In this document: piece by piece, positions 49,364-63,575 of the stretch | Layout: each line of letters opens with the position of its first letter | Numbering within the stretch: position 1 is the stretch's first letter | Assembly (NCBI GenBank): GCA_964016885.1 | Contig: OZ024743.1 | Location: 308,202,001-308,266,000 of the forward strand | DNA from: Eledone cirrhosa | Taxonomy: Eukaryota | Reading direction: 5' to 3' | DNA: 64,000 nucleotides | The notes under the pieces: model-generated | Told to the model about the DNA's origin: nothing | What the model saw: the letters and a program-made list of their open reading frames with translations, nothing else | Databases searched by the model: none | Program-made: the position numbers and the translations under genes

Positions 49364-52011
49364 CTGCGACATAGTTAGAGAAGAGCAACAACTCACTTTT
49401 AACATATCCTATAACCTTATGATTAGTACTCTGCACTTTGGTATAATATACTATCATAAGCCGACAAACTAAAAACTTTTAAATACTTTGCTTTTCGATG
49501 TTTGTTCCGTTTGACTACGCCCAGGGTTCAAATCTCACCGAGAACAAGTTTGCTTTTCATCCTTTGCAACGTTTAATATAAGCCCCGGCTCTCTGCTCTT
49601 CGAGTTCAATATTCGTCGTGGTTAACATTACCTTTCATCATTTATGGGTTGATAAAATAAAGAACTTGTCTAGCTGTGGATTGGCGAAATTGCCAGACCA
49701 TTGGAAATGATACTCTGTGGTATCTGTTCGGGGTTTTTACGGTACTCTGTGCTTTGAGTTCAAATCCCTACAAGATCAACTTTGTCTTTCGTCCTTTCGG
49801 GGGTTGATGAATGAAATACCAGACCGGGGGCACTGATATTGGCAGAATCGTTAGACCGTCAGATAATATAGATGCCTTGTCGCATTTGTTCTGGCATTTG
49901 CATTCCGAGTACAAATTCTGACCCCTGTCCAACCCACACTTGGCTAGAAGTAAACAGATAGGATGAAATCCAGCATAGTTGCCACGGTTTCGTCCTGTAG
50001 GACGGCTGGATGGAAACTATCAACATTTGAATTCAAGAACTAATTACAATATGCATTCTGAGTACAAATGCTGCCTCCAGTCACCAGAAAAATGGTGACA
50101 TTTCTGTCAGGATCTGCGACAGATAGATAGTATCAGCAATGGCAAGACCAATAGAAATATAGTTTCTTTGGACTTTCCCTTTATTTTCCTAATTGCACTT
50201 CTCTACCCTTCTGTTAAAGTTTAATGTTATCAACTTCGTAATTTATATCTTGTAATTACGCTATGCTCCCACTAACATTAATGTACCATATCTATGATAT
50301 GAACGCAACAATAGCTGTGTGGTTAAGAAGTCTGCAGTGCAATGGGAAGACCAATGACACCATAACTTTATTCCTAGACTAATCTAATGATCACTTCTTT
50401 TCCCTCTGTGTGACATTTTAGGCAAGTCTCGTTTACCATATCCCTGAGTTGATTGAAGCCATGTGAGTGAAACTGAGAAGACAGAAACTATTTGGAAGCG
50501 CGTCAAATGGACTGAATCTATAATTTGAAGAACAAGCCTTGTCACACACTGTGTCATGTTGAATCTTACGTTATGGACACACGTGTTTGTGGAATGCTCA
50601 GCCACTTATACGTTAATTTCATAAGCTGGCTGTTCCATTGATCAAACACCTAGAACACTCATCATCGAAACCGACGGAGGTCCATTTGCTATTTACTTTA
50701 CTGAAATGACGTCAACCAAGATATGAAGCCAGATCATGCTCTTGGTTCACCAAACAATTATTATTTTTTATTTTTTTTTTTACATATAAACTAAATAGTA
50801 TTATTGAAAATTCCAAAGAAAAATAAACATATTTTAATGAATTTTTGAAAAAATTAAGTAATAAAGAAAAAAAAACGGTCAATGAATAATGTAGAAAATG
50901 GAGGGGGGGGGGAGAAGAAGGACGGGGAGGAAGCAGGTCTGGAAAGGAAAGACAGAAAATATGTTGAAATTGCATTAGATCGTATTTTTTAAAGTTTGCT
51001 TTTCAATTTAATACACGCACACACGCACATATATATATATATATATTGTGTGTGTGTGCGCGCGCGCGCGTCTGTGTGTACATATGTATATATGATAGTG
51101 GCGATGTTGGAGATGATGATGATAATGTACTCATCCGCCGAGAACGATGTCTGGAGCGCTCAGTAACAAGGAATAAAACAGAATTGACAAACGCTTGTAA
51201 AAATATGAATAAATTTATTAAAGTCTAATTTTAGTGATTGAAAATCATTCGTGCGACCCGAGAGAGACGAGACTACCTGATCTGGTTACATTTATTAACA
51301 TTTTTAACCCTTATGTAGTCCTTGTGATTTGTGCTATGAACGACAAAACCGGCCTTGGACCTGCAGCAGATCTGGTAGAACTAGCAGATCTGGTAGATCT
51401 AGCAGATCTGGTAGATCTAACAGATGTGGTAGACATGTTTATTCCCTGTAGAACAAATGGAGGTCTTTGTTGTAGAGTGGAATATATTCTTATGATCCAA
51501 TTTGCTTTCAAAACCGTTTGCCCTATGAAATCACTCACTTCTCCAAATTTGACTATTATTTTTAATTTAATGGATTGGGCAGTGGAGGAGAAAGAGATTG
51601 GATAATGTAGCCATAGATATACAGTATCAGAATAAAACAGGATAGTCATAGCTGGAACGTCTTTGAGCATAGCTGTGGCTAAACAATAATAACAATAAAT
51701 CAATATTTACAAGAGTATCTAAAACTACTTTCTCAAACGTTTCTTTTTTTTCTTTTTCTTCTTCTTCTTAAAGAAGAAGTCTGTAGGTGATGGATATTCG
51801 CAGAATTGTTAAAGAATTGGAAGGGATGGTTTCAAGTATCTATTCCGTTCTGGGTTCAAATCCCATCTCCTGTTACTGGAAAGACTGTGGCCTTTGTACC
51901 AAGATTTACAAATGTGAGATTGTAGCAGCAATGGAAACATTGTTTCCTCAATCCGATCTTTTCCTTTCTTTCCTGAAAAAAAAAAAAAAAGTATATATAT
52001 ATATATATATA

Positions 52012-52256
52012 TATATTGGTAAACGGAATAGAAAATGCTGACAAATTGTTCACAGTTGAAAAATGGTTTAATTAGGAATAAAAGAGTATTAGTGATTGTA
52101 TGGGTTAGTATTCAGTTGTGGTTTTAAGTTTGTAAAAACTTAAAACCACAACTGAATACTAACACATACAATCACTAATACTCTTTTATTCCTAATTAAA
52201 CCATTTTTCAACTGTGAACAATTTGTCAGCATTTTCTATTCCGTTTACCAATATAT
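52012..52256. repeat. Near-perfect palindrome, ~120-bp arms
   Basis: One arm mismatch, loop of a few nt, TATA at both ends. Confidence 0.95.
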
Positions 52257-52449
52257 AATAACTTGTGTGTTACACCTCTATTCTTTTAACCGTACGGCAA
52301 CACTCATCTTTTTCCATTTCTCCGAGGGTTATAAACCCCACTATCAGGTTAGAAATTTCTTTAGTCTAAAATACGGTGAAAGCTTATAATTTCGAATTTC
52401 TAATTTCAAACTCGCGCACCGTTTCAAAAACATACTTACATGTTTACGT

Positions 52450-52580
<131 letters not shown>

Positions 52581-54206
52581 CAAGGGAATGTTAAACTGTT
52601 TCAGATAAGTTGAAATGAAAAACAAATAAATAAAACAACAGCCTTGCAATTTCTTCAGACTTTAAACGAGTGGCTTAATATCTGCTTAAAATGGACCTCT
52701 TTGTTATTTCACTATAAAAAATTACTGAATAACAACAATAAAACATAAAATTGGAAGCCCTGTTTTGTAGATAAAAAATGTGAACGACCATGAAAAAAAA
52801 AAAAAAACACATGACAGCCTAATAATCTTCTCTGGTCCATATTACAAGACTATTTCGTTTGCAGCTGGTAAGTTGATCGTTTCAATGTGTCAAGCTGAAC
52901 TTTAAAATAAAATGTTTAATGGTTGATGTTAAGGATTTCATAGACACATCCCTATTGTTGAAATTGTGAGTGATATCTTATTTGCCACAATTAACAACAT
53001 GCTAACCCGATATATTACATGTACAGGGTAACTAAAGAAAATTGGCCCCATATTTATTTTTGTCTACATTATTGGGGTTTTTTTGTTTTGTTTTTTTTAC
53101 AAAAACTGATAAGACTTCAAATATATTTAGTTCAACCCATTAAAAATAATATATCAAAAATTCACTGTCTTTCGATGTTTTTGTCCTGAGTTATATCACA
53201 TGTTCCAAGTGATCCCCATTTGAATCCATGCATTTTTTTTTGAGGCACAGAGTCTTGCGTCTTTACAAAGAGATCTAAGGATGTCGTTGTATAGTATGAT
53301 AATATATACGTTTGTTTGTGCCAGTTTTTCACCAATAAACTCTTGGGGCATTTCATTCAGACAAATTTGTACAAAACAGATATAAATACCATGTTTGAAG
53401 TAAATACAAGATCGACATCTGGGTATTTAGCGTCCAAATCTAACTCTTTTAGTTTTCATTTACCAGTTATGTGCCCCATCCTTCAAGGTATTCATGCCAT
53501 TTCCCCAAATAAAATAACTTCAAATTACGATTGTCACCTCTTGCTCTGAACACACTAAGAAAATTACTAAGCCTGCATTTTCTACTACACAGTCTACACT
53601 CACCCTCGCTAAAGCATGTGACAGGTCATAACTCATTACGACCTTCTCCGTTGTTTTGGATATTTCTACATGTTTGAAGGAAATAAAAAATTTGGGCAAC
53701 AGAAAGACAAATATGGAATAGAATTGTGCTAAAACTACATTATATTCAGGACCGGTGCTGCCATTAATGCCAACTAGGCAGTTGTCAAGGACACAAAGCC
53801 AAGAGAAGCATGGTAATAAACCTTAAATGATTACAGTTTTATACAAAAATTACATATAGAATAATCAATATATTAATTTCTAAATATCTTTGCCACGTAG
53901 CAGCATTGTGGTAATATTCAATGCAGAGGAGAGGGTCATATGGTGTTATGAGCTGTCACATGATTTTGGCGTGGGTGAATGTGGACTGCGTAGTAGCAAA
54001 TACTTAGTAATATTCTTAGTGTGGTCAGAGCAAGAAGTGTCAACAACTAGGATTGGCGGCTTACCAAATTGATAGTTATTCTCTACAGCTGCTGCCGGAA
54101 TCCGCTAGATGGCGTTGGCCGTCAGCTTCCAAAATTCATAACTAAAAACGGCTTTCAAATATTTATTCGTAAACATACCGTATATCATTAGATATACAAA
54201 ATTCAT

Positions 54207-54264
<58 letters not shown>

Positions 54265-54321
54265 AAACTTCATGTGTGAAGCTCAAATTTTCGAACTTAC
54301 GAAGCGCAGTGGGTATAAATT

Positions 54322-54628
54322 TATAAGATGTAAGATGTTTAGGCGCAAGAAATAACGGTAATTACAGTTAGTTGTTATAAAATAGCTTATGAATATCGGC
54401 TGTTAAATTCAGTTCCTTAATTTTGACGGTAAGATATTGTCAGAGATTCCTTAGCTCAATGGTGAGTGCACTTAGCCGGTATCTGAGAGATACAGACTTC
54501 GATTCTTCGTAGCGGCAGCTGACAACATTTTCCCGATTCTAAGGTTCTTTATCCCGATTTTGATAAGCTATTTTATAGCAACTGACTGTAATTGCAGATA
54601 TTTTCTGCGCTTCAGCATCCTACATCCT

Positions 54629-54632
<4 letters not shown>
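54322..54632 (+). mobile_element. tRNA-headed element preceded by an inverted copy of its own 3' end
   Basis: A box TAGCTCAATGG and B-box-like ACTTCGATTC at ~54447-54520; 54322-54399 is a diverged complement of 54554-54632; relative at ~410-550. Confidence 0.6.
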
Positions 54633-54693
<61 letters not shown>

Positions 54694-55029
54694 ATAATAA
54701 TAAATTAGAAGTTTAAAATCAAAAAAGGGCTCGATAAGGATAAATATATATCAAATATATAAGAACCGTAGAACAAATTATATATATATACAGGGGCCGT
54801 GGAACGGGGGGGGGGGCATGGCCCCACCAATAATATATTCTATTTTCTGATGAAGTGTCTGAAACGTCAAAAATCTTCATCTATAAAAAATATTTTTGTT
54901 CGTAATGACAAAATTATTTTTCCTCTTTTGCTCTGTGAACATTTCACCTATATCACCCATATAGCCGTTGGAAATACCAGACAGCTGAAATCTGGTGTAT
55001 GGGGTCATGGGGTCGCCTCATTTTCCAAA

Positions 55030-55312
55030 CATGAAACCCTTGCCATGAAAGTACCCAGAGTTGGCCTGATGACAAGGCAAGTAACCAGAGGTAACACGTT
55101 GGCCAGAAAAGTACCCAGAGATAGACCATCGGCTAGAAATTCCACGAAGCAAACCCATAGTTGTCCACTTGCCAGAAAAGTACCAAGACGTGACCCATCG
55201 ACCATGGGAGTACCCAGAGGTAACCCACTGGGCAATGACGCATTCGTAGATAACCCACTGGCCAGATAAGTTATCAGAGGTAACTCATTGGTCAGAAAAG
55301 TACACAGAGGTG
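55030..55312. repeat. Diverged ~30-bp minisatellite
   Basis: GCCAGAAAAGTACCCAGAGGTAACCCATTG-like units. Confidence 0.75.
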
Positions 55313-55832
55313 TACAGGAAAATTATTGGCAGATGAGTCAACTAGTAACTTATAACCATCACTTCCAGCATTTTCCCACCTTTCCACTCTTCAGTCACCA
55401 CAGTTTCCATCTAACCAAGATATATTACCCTATTATGCCTTTGGTATCTTGGTCTTCAGATTCCAGCAAAAGTAATTTTGTTGCCTTGACATTTACAAAG
55501 CCTTACACATGTGTCTGGCATAAATACTTCTCACAAAATCTAATGTCTGCAGATTTTGTATTGTGATGGCTAGCATATGTAAATTTTTTGAAGGTTTCGG
55601 TTGTGATATGCTCATGAGTAGAAACAATGTAAATATTGTGATTCTTTCCTATATGCAGTGACTGTCTGGTACTGTTGGAGGGAACAAATTGTTCTGAATG
55701 GCACAAGGTATATGTTTTATAGAGATGATACTTACATGTATCATATATACATGTATGGGCAAAGTTCCACAGAAATACTGTTAGTATTTACATTGAGTGT
55801 GTTTTACTGGGAAGAGGTCATTGACTAGAGGT

Positions 55833-56030
55833 AGCGCATGGCTTGGTGATTAGAGAATTGGATCCACAATTGTGAGGCTGCAAGTTCAATTCTCGGACCA
55901 GGTGATGCATTATGTCCTTGAGCAAGACACTTTATTTCATGTTACTCTTTCTGCCAGGGGTTGCAACCAGTAGATAGTATCAGCAATGGAAAGACCAACG
56001 GAAACATTGCTTCCTTGGTCCAATTTGATG
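55833..56030 (+). mobile_element. CORE-like tRNA SINE (also ~39330-39500 and ~61205-61375)
   Basis: GCATGGCTTGGTGATTAG..AAGTTCAATTC..TGTCCTTGAGCAAGACACTTTATTTCA. Confidence 0.8.
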
Positions 56031-57174
56031 AGTTCCACTCTCACTAAGTAAGCAAATAAGATCTGAAATCTTGTTGCTCACTTCCCTAAGAGGAAGAGAC
56101 ATGTGAGAAGCGTAACTGAGCTAGACGAGATTTAATAGAAAGTAGGTTGGAGAAGTTAGATCAACACATGGAGGGGTCTGACAAGAAATTGGATATCAAA
56201 GATATCAGAGACAGAAGAAGCCTACAGACATTAGATTTTGGGAGAAGTATTTATGCCAGGCATATGTGTAAGGTTTTGTATATGTCAAAACAACAAAATT
56301 GCCTTTGCTGGAATTTGAAGAACAAGAAACCACAGGCATGATAGGGTAGTATATATTAGTTAAATGGAAACTGCAGAAGTAGTGACTGAAAAGTGAAAAG
56401 GATTTTAATTTTATTTTTGCTATCTCACATCTATTTTCGTCATGCTGCAATGAATGATATTAAGGTAATTGTTCTAACAGTTGGATACCTATCATCATCA
56501 TCATCATCATTTTTACATCCATTTTCCCACGCTTGTATCGGTTGGACCGGTTCTATTCATCACAGCATCTCCCCACTCATCACAATCCTTTGTCATCTCC
56601 TTTGTGAGTTTCAGCAATTTTAAATCAACTCTCACCACCTCTACCAAAGTCTTCCTTGTTTACCTCTACTGCAGCTTCTACCACTGGGATTTCTTGGCAC
56701 TTCTTCACCCTCTTATACCCAGTTTTTCTCTCAGTTCATCCAAGCTCAGTCATTCACCTTCATAACAAACAACTATTAAATAGGTTTAGCATTTGGTTTT
56801 GTCCATCAGAAATATTGGAGCATGCCAAGTTGTTGCTCACGAGCATATATAATGTCCTTCCCTAACCTTTTCAATACCAAATTTCTAAAGAAATATATTG
56901 CTCCTATGTTTCAATAAATTTTCGAAGAATTTAGTAAAATAAATGTATTTTTCATTATTAAGTTAGTGTTCAGAGTATAGCTTAGAGTGCTAACATAAAA
57001 TTATGACGAATGGTTTTAATATAAGTATAAACAATTTTAAAGGAGCAATAGTGTACCAACCAGTGGCAGTTTCGGGTATCAAAGTGATTAGTGCTTCAAT
57101 TCATGACTACAGGGGCAATAGTCAAACACCTTAATATCACAGTCAATGTACTCAACAACTTCCAGAAATTATCA

Positions 57175-57716
57175 CTTCATATCTGGCAGATTATATTCAA
57201 GTCACTCCAGCTCAGTCAACATATCTGGCAGATCATATTCAAGTCACTCCAGCTCAGTTAACATATCTGGCAGATAATACTCAAGTCACTCCAGCTCAGT
57301 CACCATATCTGGCAGATTATACTCAAATCACTCCAGCCCAGGCACCATACCTGGCAAATCATACTCAAGTCACTCCAACCCAGGCACCATACCTGGCAAA
57401 TCATACTCAAGTCACTCCAGCCCAGGCACCATACCTGGCAAATCATACTCAAGTCACTCCAGCCCAGGCACCATACCTGGCAAATCATACTCAAGGCACT
57501 CCAGCCCAGTCACCATATCTGGCAGATCATATTCAAGTCACTCCAGCCCAGTCACCATATCTGGCTGATCATACTCAAGGCACTCCAGCTTAGTCACTCT
57601 ATTTAGCAGATCATACTCAAGGCACTCCGACCCAGTCACCTTCACATCTGGCAGATAATAATTGACTCCAGCCCAGACACCATATCTGGCAGGTCATACT
57701 CAAGTTACTCCAGCCC
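57175..57716. repeat. 42-bp minisatellite, ~13 copies
   Basis: CACCATATCTGGCAGATCATACTCAAGTCACTCCAGCCCAGT. Confidence 0.93.
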
Positions 57717-58189
57717 TCGAAATTTGCAGCACACATTAGTTAGTCTCCTCGCATTGCTGTGGACAAAAAAAAATTTCCGATTCCATTAATGGTTTCTAGG
57801 AAACTTACGAATTAGCATTGGGCATTACATACCATTTTCATTTTCAATATATAAACGTTACTTAAACATCGTAAGTAGAGTATAATATTTCGTTAAACAT
57901 TTGGTTTATTTAACAGTGGACACAACACTTACTTACTTTTAAGCAGGACCATTTTCGGAGGATTGAGAAAATGAGGAGGACCTTAAAATTTTTGTCAGCG
58001 CCCTGTTGACGCTTCGTACTTTCATCACGCGCAAATCCGGGCCCTGTGTACGTACGTTGTAAAACTCACGTCTGTGCTACTTCTACTAAGACCCCTTTTG
58101 TTGCACCTATACCTCAGTATGAACGCCTTGCGCAAGTACGCCGAACAGCGGTTGTGCTAATTCCGTGGTGACCCTTTTTGACGCACATA

Positions 58190-58518
58190 GACATAACTGA
58201 TGATGTCTGTCCGGATGACTGGGTGCGAATCTATAAAACTCGAAAAGTACCTAAACGATTTTCTCCAAATGGAAGAAAAATCATACTCTAAGATTTAGTA
58301 CGCTTAAAGAGTATCTAGCTGATTTTCTTCACATTTTGCACATGCATGCAGATGTTTCACGATTCGGGCCTGCTGGTGTTCTACGTTTCCAGTAGATAAA
58401 CAATCATGCCCTGAGAATAAGGGAATTCAAAAAGTACACAGCTAGTTTCCTCAATCTTTGCATATGCGTGTTGCTATTTCACGTTTCCTATCACGTGCAA
58501 CGCCGGGTCCTGCTGCTA

Positions 58519-58519
<1 letters not shown>
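58190..58519 (+). mobile_element. Helitron-family remnant with 3' end
   Basis: Ends GTGCAACGCCGGGTCCTGCTGCTAG|T, similar to the 9281 terminus. Confidence 0.6.
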
Positions 58520-58578
<59 letters not shown>

Positions 58579-59138
58579 CTCCCTCCCTCCCCTTCTCCCC
58601 TCGCTCTCTATCTTTCTGTTTATCTCTCTCTCTCCCTCTGTTTTTCTCTCTGTCTGTCTCTCTCTCTCTCTTTCTCTGTCTGTCTTTCTCTCTCTCTCTC
58701 CCCCCTCTCTTCCTCTCTCTCTCTCCCCCCTCTCTTCCTCTCTCTCCTTCTATCTATCTAACAAAAAAACACACCCTTCTAAGAAGAATCCATTTGTTGG
58801 ATAATCCAACGAAATCGAGAGGAAGGGAGAAAGGAAGGGAGGAATGAGACCTACTATTAGTTGTTAGTGAAGTGTTGCGTGTTTTTACTTTTTTTAAAAC
58901 TCATATGGAAGTCGTTTAGTAAAGAAATAAGAAGTTGTAGTCACCACTCAGTTAACCCGACCGTATTTCTAGCCAATAACGAACAAGATGGTGACAGAAA
59001 GAAGAGTGGGTTAAAAAAAAAATTGAATAAATATATAAATAAATAAATAACTCCAACACAAAATACGTCATTTACATGAAGGAGGAGGAGGATTGTTGTT
59101 GCTGTTGTTGTTATTGTGATTTATATGTTGTTTCAGTG

Positions 59139-59800
59139 TTATTTTGTATCACATTTTATGTTTCGGATACCTAAATATGGAATGCTACGCGATGCCCCCC
59201 AACCCCCCACAGCCCCGGCGGACAGGATGAAGAAGGCGTTCCCGCGGAGGACGGCAAGGGAGACCCGCTGGAAAAGCCACTCCAACTCGCGGGGTTCACA
59301 CCTGCGGCTGGCCAGCTCAGCACCTATGGCGGTGAGTAGGGAGGTAGCCCTGGGGCCGAGGGCACCAGAAGTCTCCACTGCCAGGGGTACAACCGCAAAC
59401 CTGTCAGAGAGCGACGGGTATTTGAGGAGCTTGGCCTCCTCATCCCGACGTGCAGCAGAACCTGGGTTAGTCGCAGACTGCACCAGGTTGTGGCTGCAGA
59501 AAGTGTCGGTGCAAGTGATATCCCAGACGAGGGGCTTGCCACCGCGGAACAGTAAGATGGTCATGCCATCTGGCCTTTTGCCGTCCCCTCGGTCCAGCCC
59601 CACCGGCTCGAGCTGGGAAGGGAAGCCCGCAGCTTCCAAGCCATGCTTTATGACCTCGTTGAGGGCAGCATGGCGTGGAAGGCGACCGGCACTGTGGCGA
59701 CAGGAAAGCGGGTGGAGGCCGGAAGAGTCCACGGTGGATCTGCAGCGACATTGGTGTGGCTCGCAGATCCGGAGGCCGAGCCTCAAGGAAACGCCGATGC
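59139..59800 (-). mobile_element. CRE-clade non-LTR retrotransposon 3' fragment (CCHC plus restriction-like endonuclease)
   Basis: LRLG..CRC..GLHPLSC..RHAALNEVI..LEPVGLDRGDGKRPDGMT..LVWDITCTDT..KLLKY..FAVVPLAVETSGALG..QRVSLAVLRGNA. Confidence 0.88.
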
Positions 59801-59934
59801 GTTTATTTATCTATTTGAGAGAGAATTTGGCGGCGGATAACGCGTTTTTTCGTTTGTTTTGTTGATTTTTGGTCTCCCGTTTTAAAAGAAACCAATGTTT
59901 ACGCTATGTTACGACTAGTAGTAGTAGTAGTAGT

Positions 59935-59975
<41 letters not shown>

Positions 59976-60331
59976 TAGTATATTTAATAATATTTACAAT
60001 TAAAAAAGAATAGTTAATATCTAAACGAAACAAAATAATGGAGAAGAGAAAGAAGAAAAAGTAAAAAGTTAATTAAGTAACGAAAGAAAGTCAGAGTGCA
60101 GGGGGCTGGTGGAGTGACAGATTGTACACCCCTGTCTGAGCTATGTGCAGGACCAGATTTAGACCTTGGGGCCCGAGGCAGTTCAGGTTTTGTGTGTGTT
60201 TCCCCTCCGTATATAAATAACACACACACACACATTATATATATATATGTGTGCGTGTGTATGTACATAAGCAGGAAGGGAGAGAGAAAGAGAAGCGAAG
60301 ACGGAGAGAGAGAGAGGGAGAGAGAGAGAGA

Positions 60332-60387
<56 letters not shown>

Positions 60388-60739
60388 AGGGATTTAAAAG
60401 GTAGCATGAGCTTTGTTTGAAGTGAGGGCCCTGTTCGGAGAGGGGTTACAATTTGATGAGGAGGATGGAGAGTTGGGGGGGGGGGCGTGTCATCGCCCAC
60501 CCTCCACACCACCCCACCCCCACCGATAAATCCGATCCTAGCTAAGTGTGATTCGACCGTACAGTGTGGGGACAGAATGGTGAAGGAATTGTACATATTG
60601 TACAACAAAACAGCTTCCCTTTGCTTGTCACTCATCTATTTATCCATCCCCAACCTTTCTTACTACAACACAACTTCACACAACTTCATAACATCATTCC
60701 AACGGGAACATGAAATTAAAGAAGTTTGTTTGCTGTAAC

Positions 60740-60940
60740 TGTTGCTGCTGCTGATCCTACTACTGTTGCTGCTGCTGATCCTACTACTGTTGCTGCTGCT
60801 GATCCTACTACTGTTGCTGCTGCTGATCCTACTACTGTTGCTGCTGCTGATCCTACTACTGTTGCTGCTGCTGATGCTACTACTGTTGCTGCTGCTGATC
60901 CTACTACTGTTGCTGCTGCTGATCCTACTACTGTTGCTGC
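60740..60940. repeat. 24-bp tandem repeat, ~8 copies
   Basis: GTTGCTGCTGCTGATCCTACTACT. Confidence 0.93.
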
Positions 60941-61162
60941 ACAGATGTTCCAGATTTTTCGAATATTTCTGGACCACCGAGCATCGGACGGCCAACAACA
61001 AGCGGTAAAGGATACAGAGGGGTACGGGGCAGATGAGAATCAAGGGAATATACTTCCTCTACCACTGTTAATTTTCGAATATACATGTGTGCGTGTGTTA
61101 TGTTAGCGTGGAAGATGGACGTAAACGATAATGATGATGATGATGATATATATGTGTGTGTA

Positions 61163-61207
<45 letters not shown>

Positions 61208-61397
61208 GCAATCGTAAGGTTGTGAGTTCGATTCCTGGACCAGGCGATGCGTTATGTCCTTGAGCAAGACACTTTATTTCACGTTGCTCCTTCTACCTGG
61301 AGTTGCGACCGATAGATAGTATTAGCAATTGGAAAGACCAACGGAAACATTGTTCCCTCGGTCCGATTTGACGAAAGTCGATCGTCTTCCAATATAT

Positions 61398-61448
<51 letters not shown>

Positions 61449-61476
61449 TACATATATGTATGTGTACCTGTATGCA

Positions 61477-61522
<46 letters not shown>

Positions 61523-61751
61523 TGCTACTGTACGTCTGTATACATATATGTATGTACGTATACATACATACTTACATATATATATATCAATAATATTAAT
61601 AAATGGAAACTATCTTTATAAAACCATATTTATTTTATTATATATATTTCAAAGGTACAAAAGTTTTGGCACACACTCATCAGATAAAATACAAAAGTTG
61701 TTTTACAGATAGTGACATCCCAAAACAAGAACTTATCGTTTTAAGTTCTAT

Positions 61752-61809
<58 letters not shown>

Positions 61810-61810
<1 letters not shown>

Positions 61811-61985
61811 ATAGAAATGGCTTCTACAGGACTAGAACTGCTTCATTCGGGAGAATGATTTCTCCCAAATGAAACCGTTCTAGTCATGTAGAAGCCATTT
61901 CTATATAAAATATGTATACTCTGCTGCTGTATATTGAGTACCTTACTTACTGTGGTTACCCCCCGATTGAACCCGGGACGAAGTT
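61810..61985. mobile_element. Family D HHR element folded into a palindrome
   Basis: ATAGAAATGGCTTCTACAGGACTAGAAC../..GTTCTAGTCATGTAGAAGCCATTTCTAT followed by the family D tail; (TA)n flanks. Confidence 0.75.
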
Positions 61986-62010
61986 ATATATATATATATA
62001 CATATATACA

Positions 62011-62108
<98 letters not shown>

Positions 62109-62432
62109 TCATCACCGTTTTACGTCCGTTCTTCCACGCTAGCATGGGTTAGACGGGTTGTCCTGTTGTGGGCAGTGTCTGGTCGGCTGACCATGCTTTG
62201 CTCATACGGGAACTGATTCTGGCTTGATTTCTACAGCTGGATGCCCTTCCTAACACCAACCTCATTTACAGTGTGGGCTGGGTGCTTTTTTGCCGTGGCA
62301 CCTCCACGACCACCTTGCAGTGGGAGGGTGTTGGGGCATATTGTCTATATGCTTCACCTTGTACCCATGGGAGGTCGGGTACTCTGTATTACTGCGTGAC
62401 GCCAGAGGTCACGGCCGTGTGTCATCGCCTTT

Positions 62433-62494
<62 letters not shown>

Positions 62495-62759
62495 ATATTA
62501 TATATATATATAAAGAACCATATATCCAGAGAAGACAGTATATTGTACATATACAAAATACATATTATAGATAAGAACATGTACTCAAGATGGAATCAAA
62601 AGTGACCCTATACTGTCTTCTCTGGATATATATCTTCTACTTTTGACTTAATATTGCTCTGGATAATGTCTATTGTGTTAATTTATTGAGAAGCACATAA
62701 TTCTAACATATTTAATATGTTACATTTGTGTATATATATATATATATATATGTGTGTAT

Positions 62760-62985
62760 GTAAAAGGTAAACAGAAATAACAACACAAATGGTACAGTAT
62801 ATGGAAGGAATATATTAGGTTAACGCTTGAAATAGAAAGAAGAGGGGCTTAACGTTTTGGACGCTAGTCCTTCATCAGAAGGAAAAAATGAGAAATTAGA
62901 AAGATTGAAAGGATGGACGGGGTGCAATTAGAAAGAATGTTTTTAGAGAAAAATAACAGGTCCATTCAAATTGTTGATGCTGGCG
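62760..62985 (-). mobile_element. PLE-end family B with HHR (62848-62881, GAAA changed to AAAA)
   Basis: Reverse-complement homology to 29340-29580. Confidence 0.75.
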
Positions 62986-63414
62986 TTTTGTGTATGATAT
63001 ACTTTTTTTTAGAAAAGTGGATGATGAGCGCGCCTCATATATATATATATATATGGAAAACAAAGAATCAGTGATGCATCGGAACACAATTTATTATGTA
63101 TTACGGCGAACAGCTCGAGGTGCGATCTGTTTGTGGATCGAACCTGACTCTGGATTTGCAAGTTCCTCAGATACGTCTTGTGATTTAGAAGCAAATCCCC
63201 TTTCTGCTGGACTCCGACCCTTCGAATTTCTATCATCTGCCATCATCCTGTTTGCGCGGCCAGTCGATTGCTCATAGGAACAATGCAAAGGGCATACTTA
63301 AAACATATAAAAAGTATATAAAAAATACACATGAGGTTGTACATGAAAAAATACAATAGGCGGTACATAATAGAATACGCAGATAAAATACACACACTAC
63401 ATATATATATATTC

Positions 63415-63575
63415 ATTTATTAGGGCTAAATAGTGAGTCTTGTTACTCTGGAGTTTCGCCTGTTTATTGCAGGTGAAATTCCAGAGTAACAAGACTCACT
63501 ACTTAGCTTTAATAAAATGAATATTAAAACTCTACTTCGGTATTGAGCACTCTTTTCTCTCAGCTGTCAACCGCA
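63415..63575. repeat. Palindromic PLE-end fragment
   Basis: TAGTGAGTCTTGTTACTCTGGAGTTTCGCCTG / CAGGTGAAATTCCAGAGTAACAAGACTCACTA; same family as ~35290-35800. Confidence 0.8.

Noticed and set aside
53020-53500. Tc1/mariner transposase remnant after a TACAGGGT TIR-like start
   Set aside because: Too degenerate; no matching second TIR or clear DDE motif found
57300-57494. 14-aa repeat ORF (MICQVWCLGWSDLS)
   Set aside because: 42-bp minisatellite; neighbouring units contain stops and indels
60726-61106. VAAADPTT repeat ORF resembling a mucin or antifreeze protein
   Set aside because: Several frames are open because of the 24-bp repeat; no true ATG start, signal peptide or splice support
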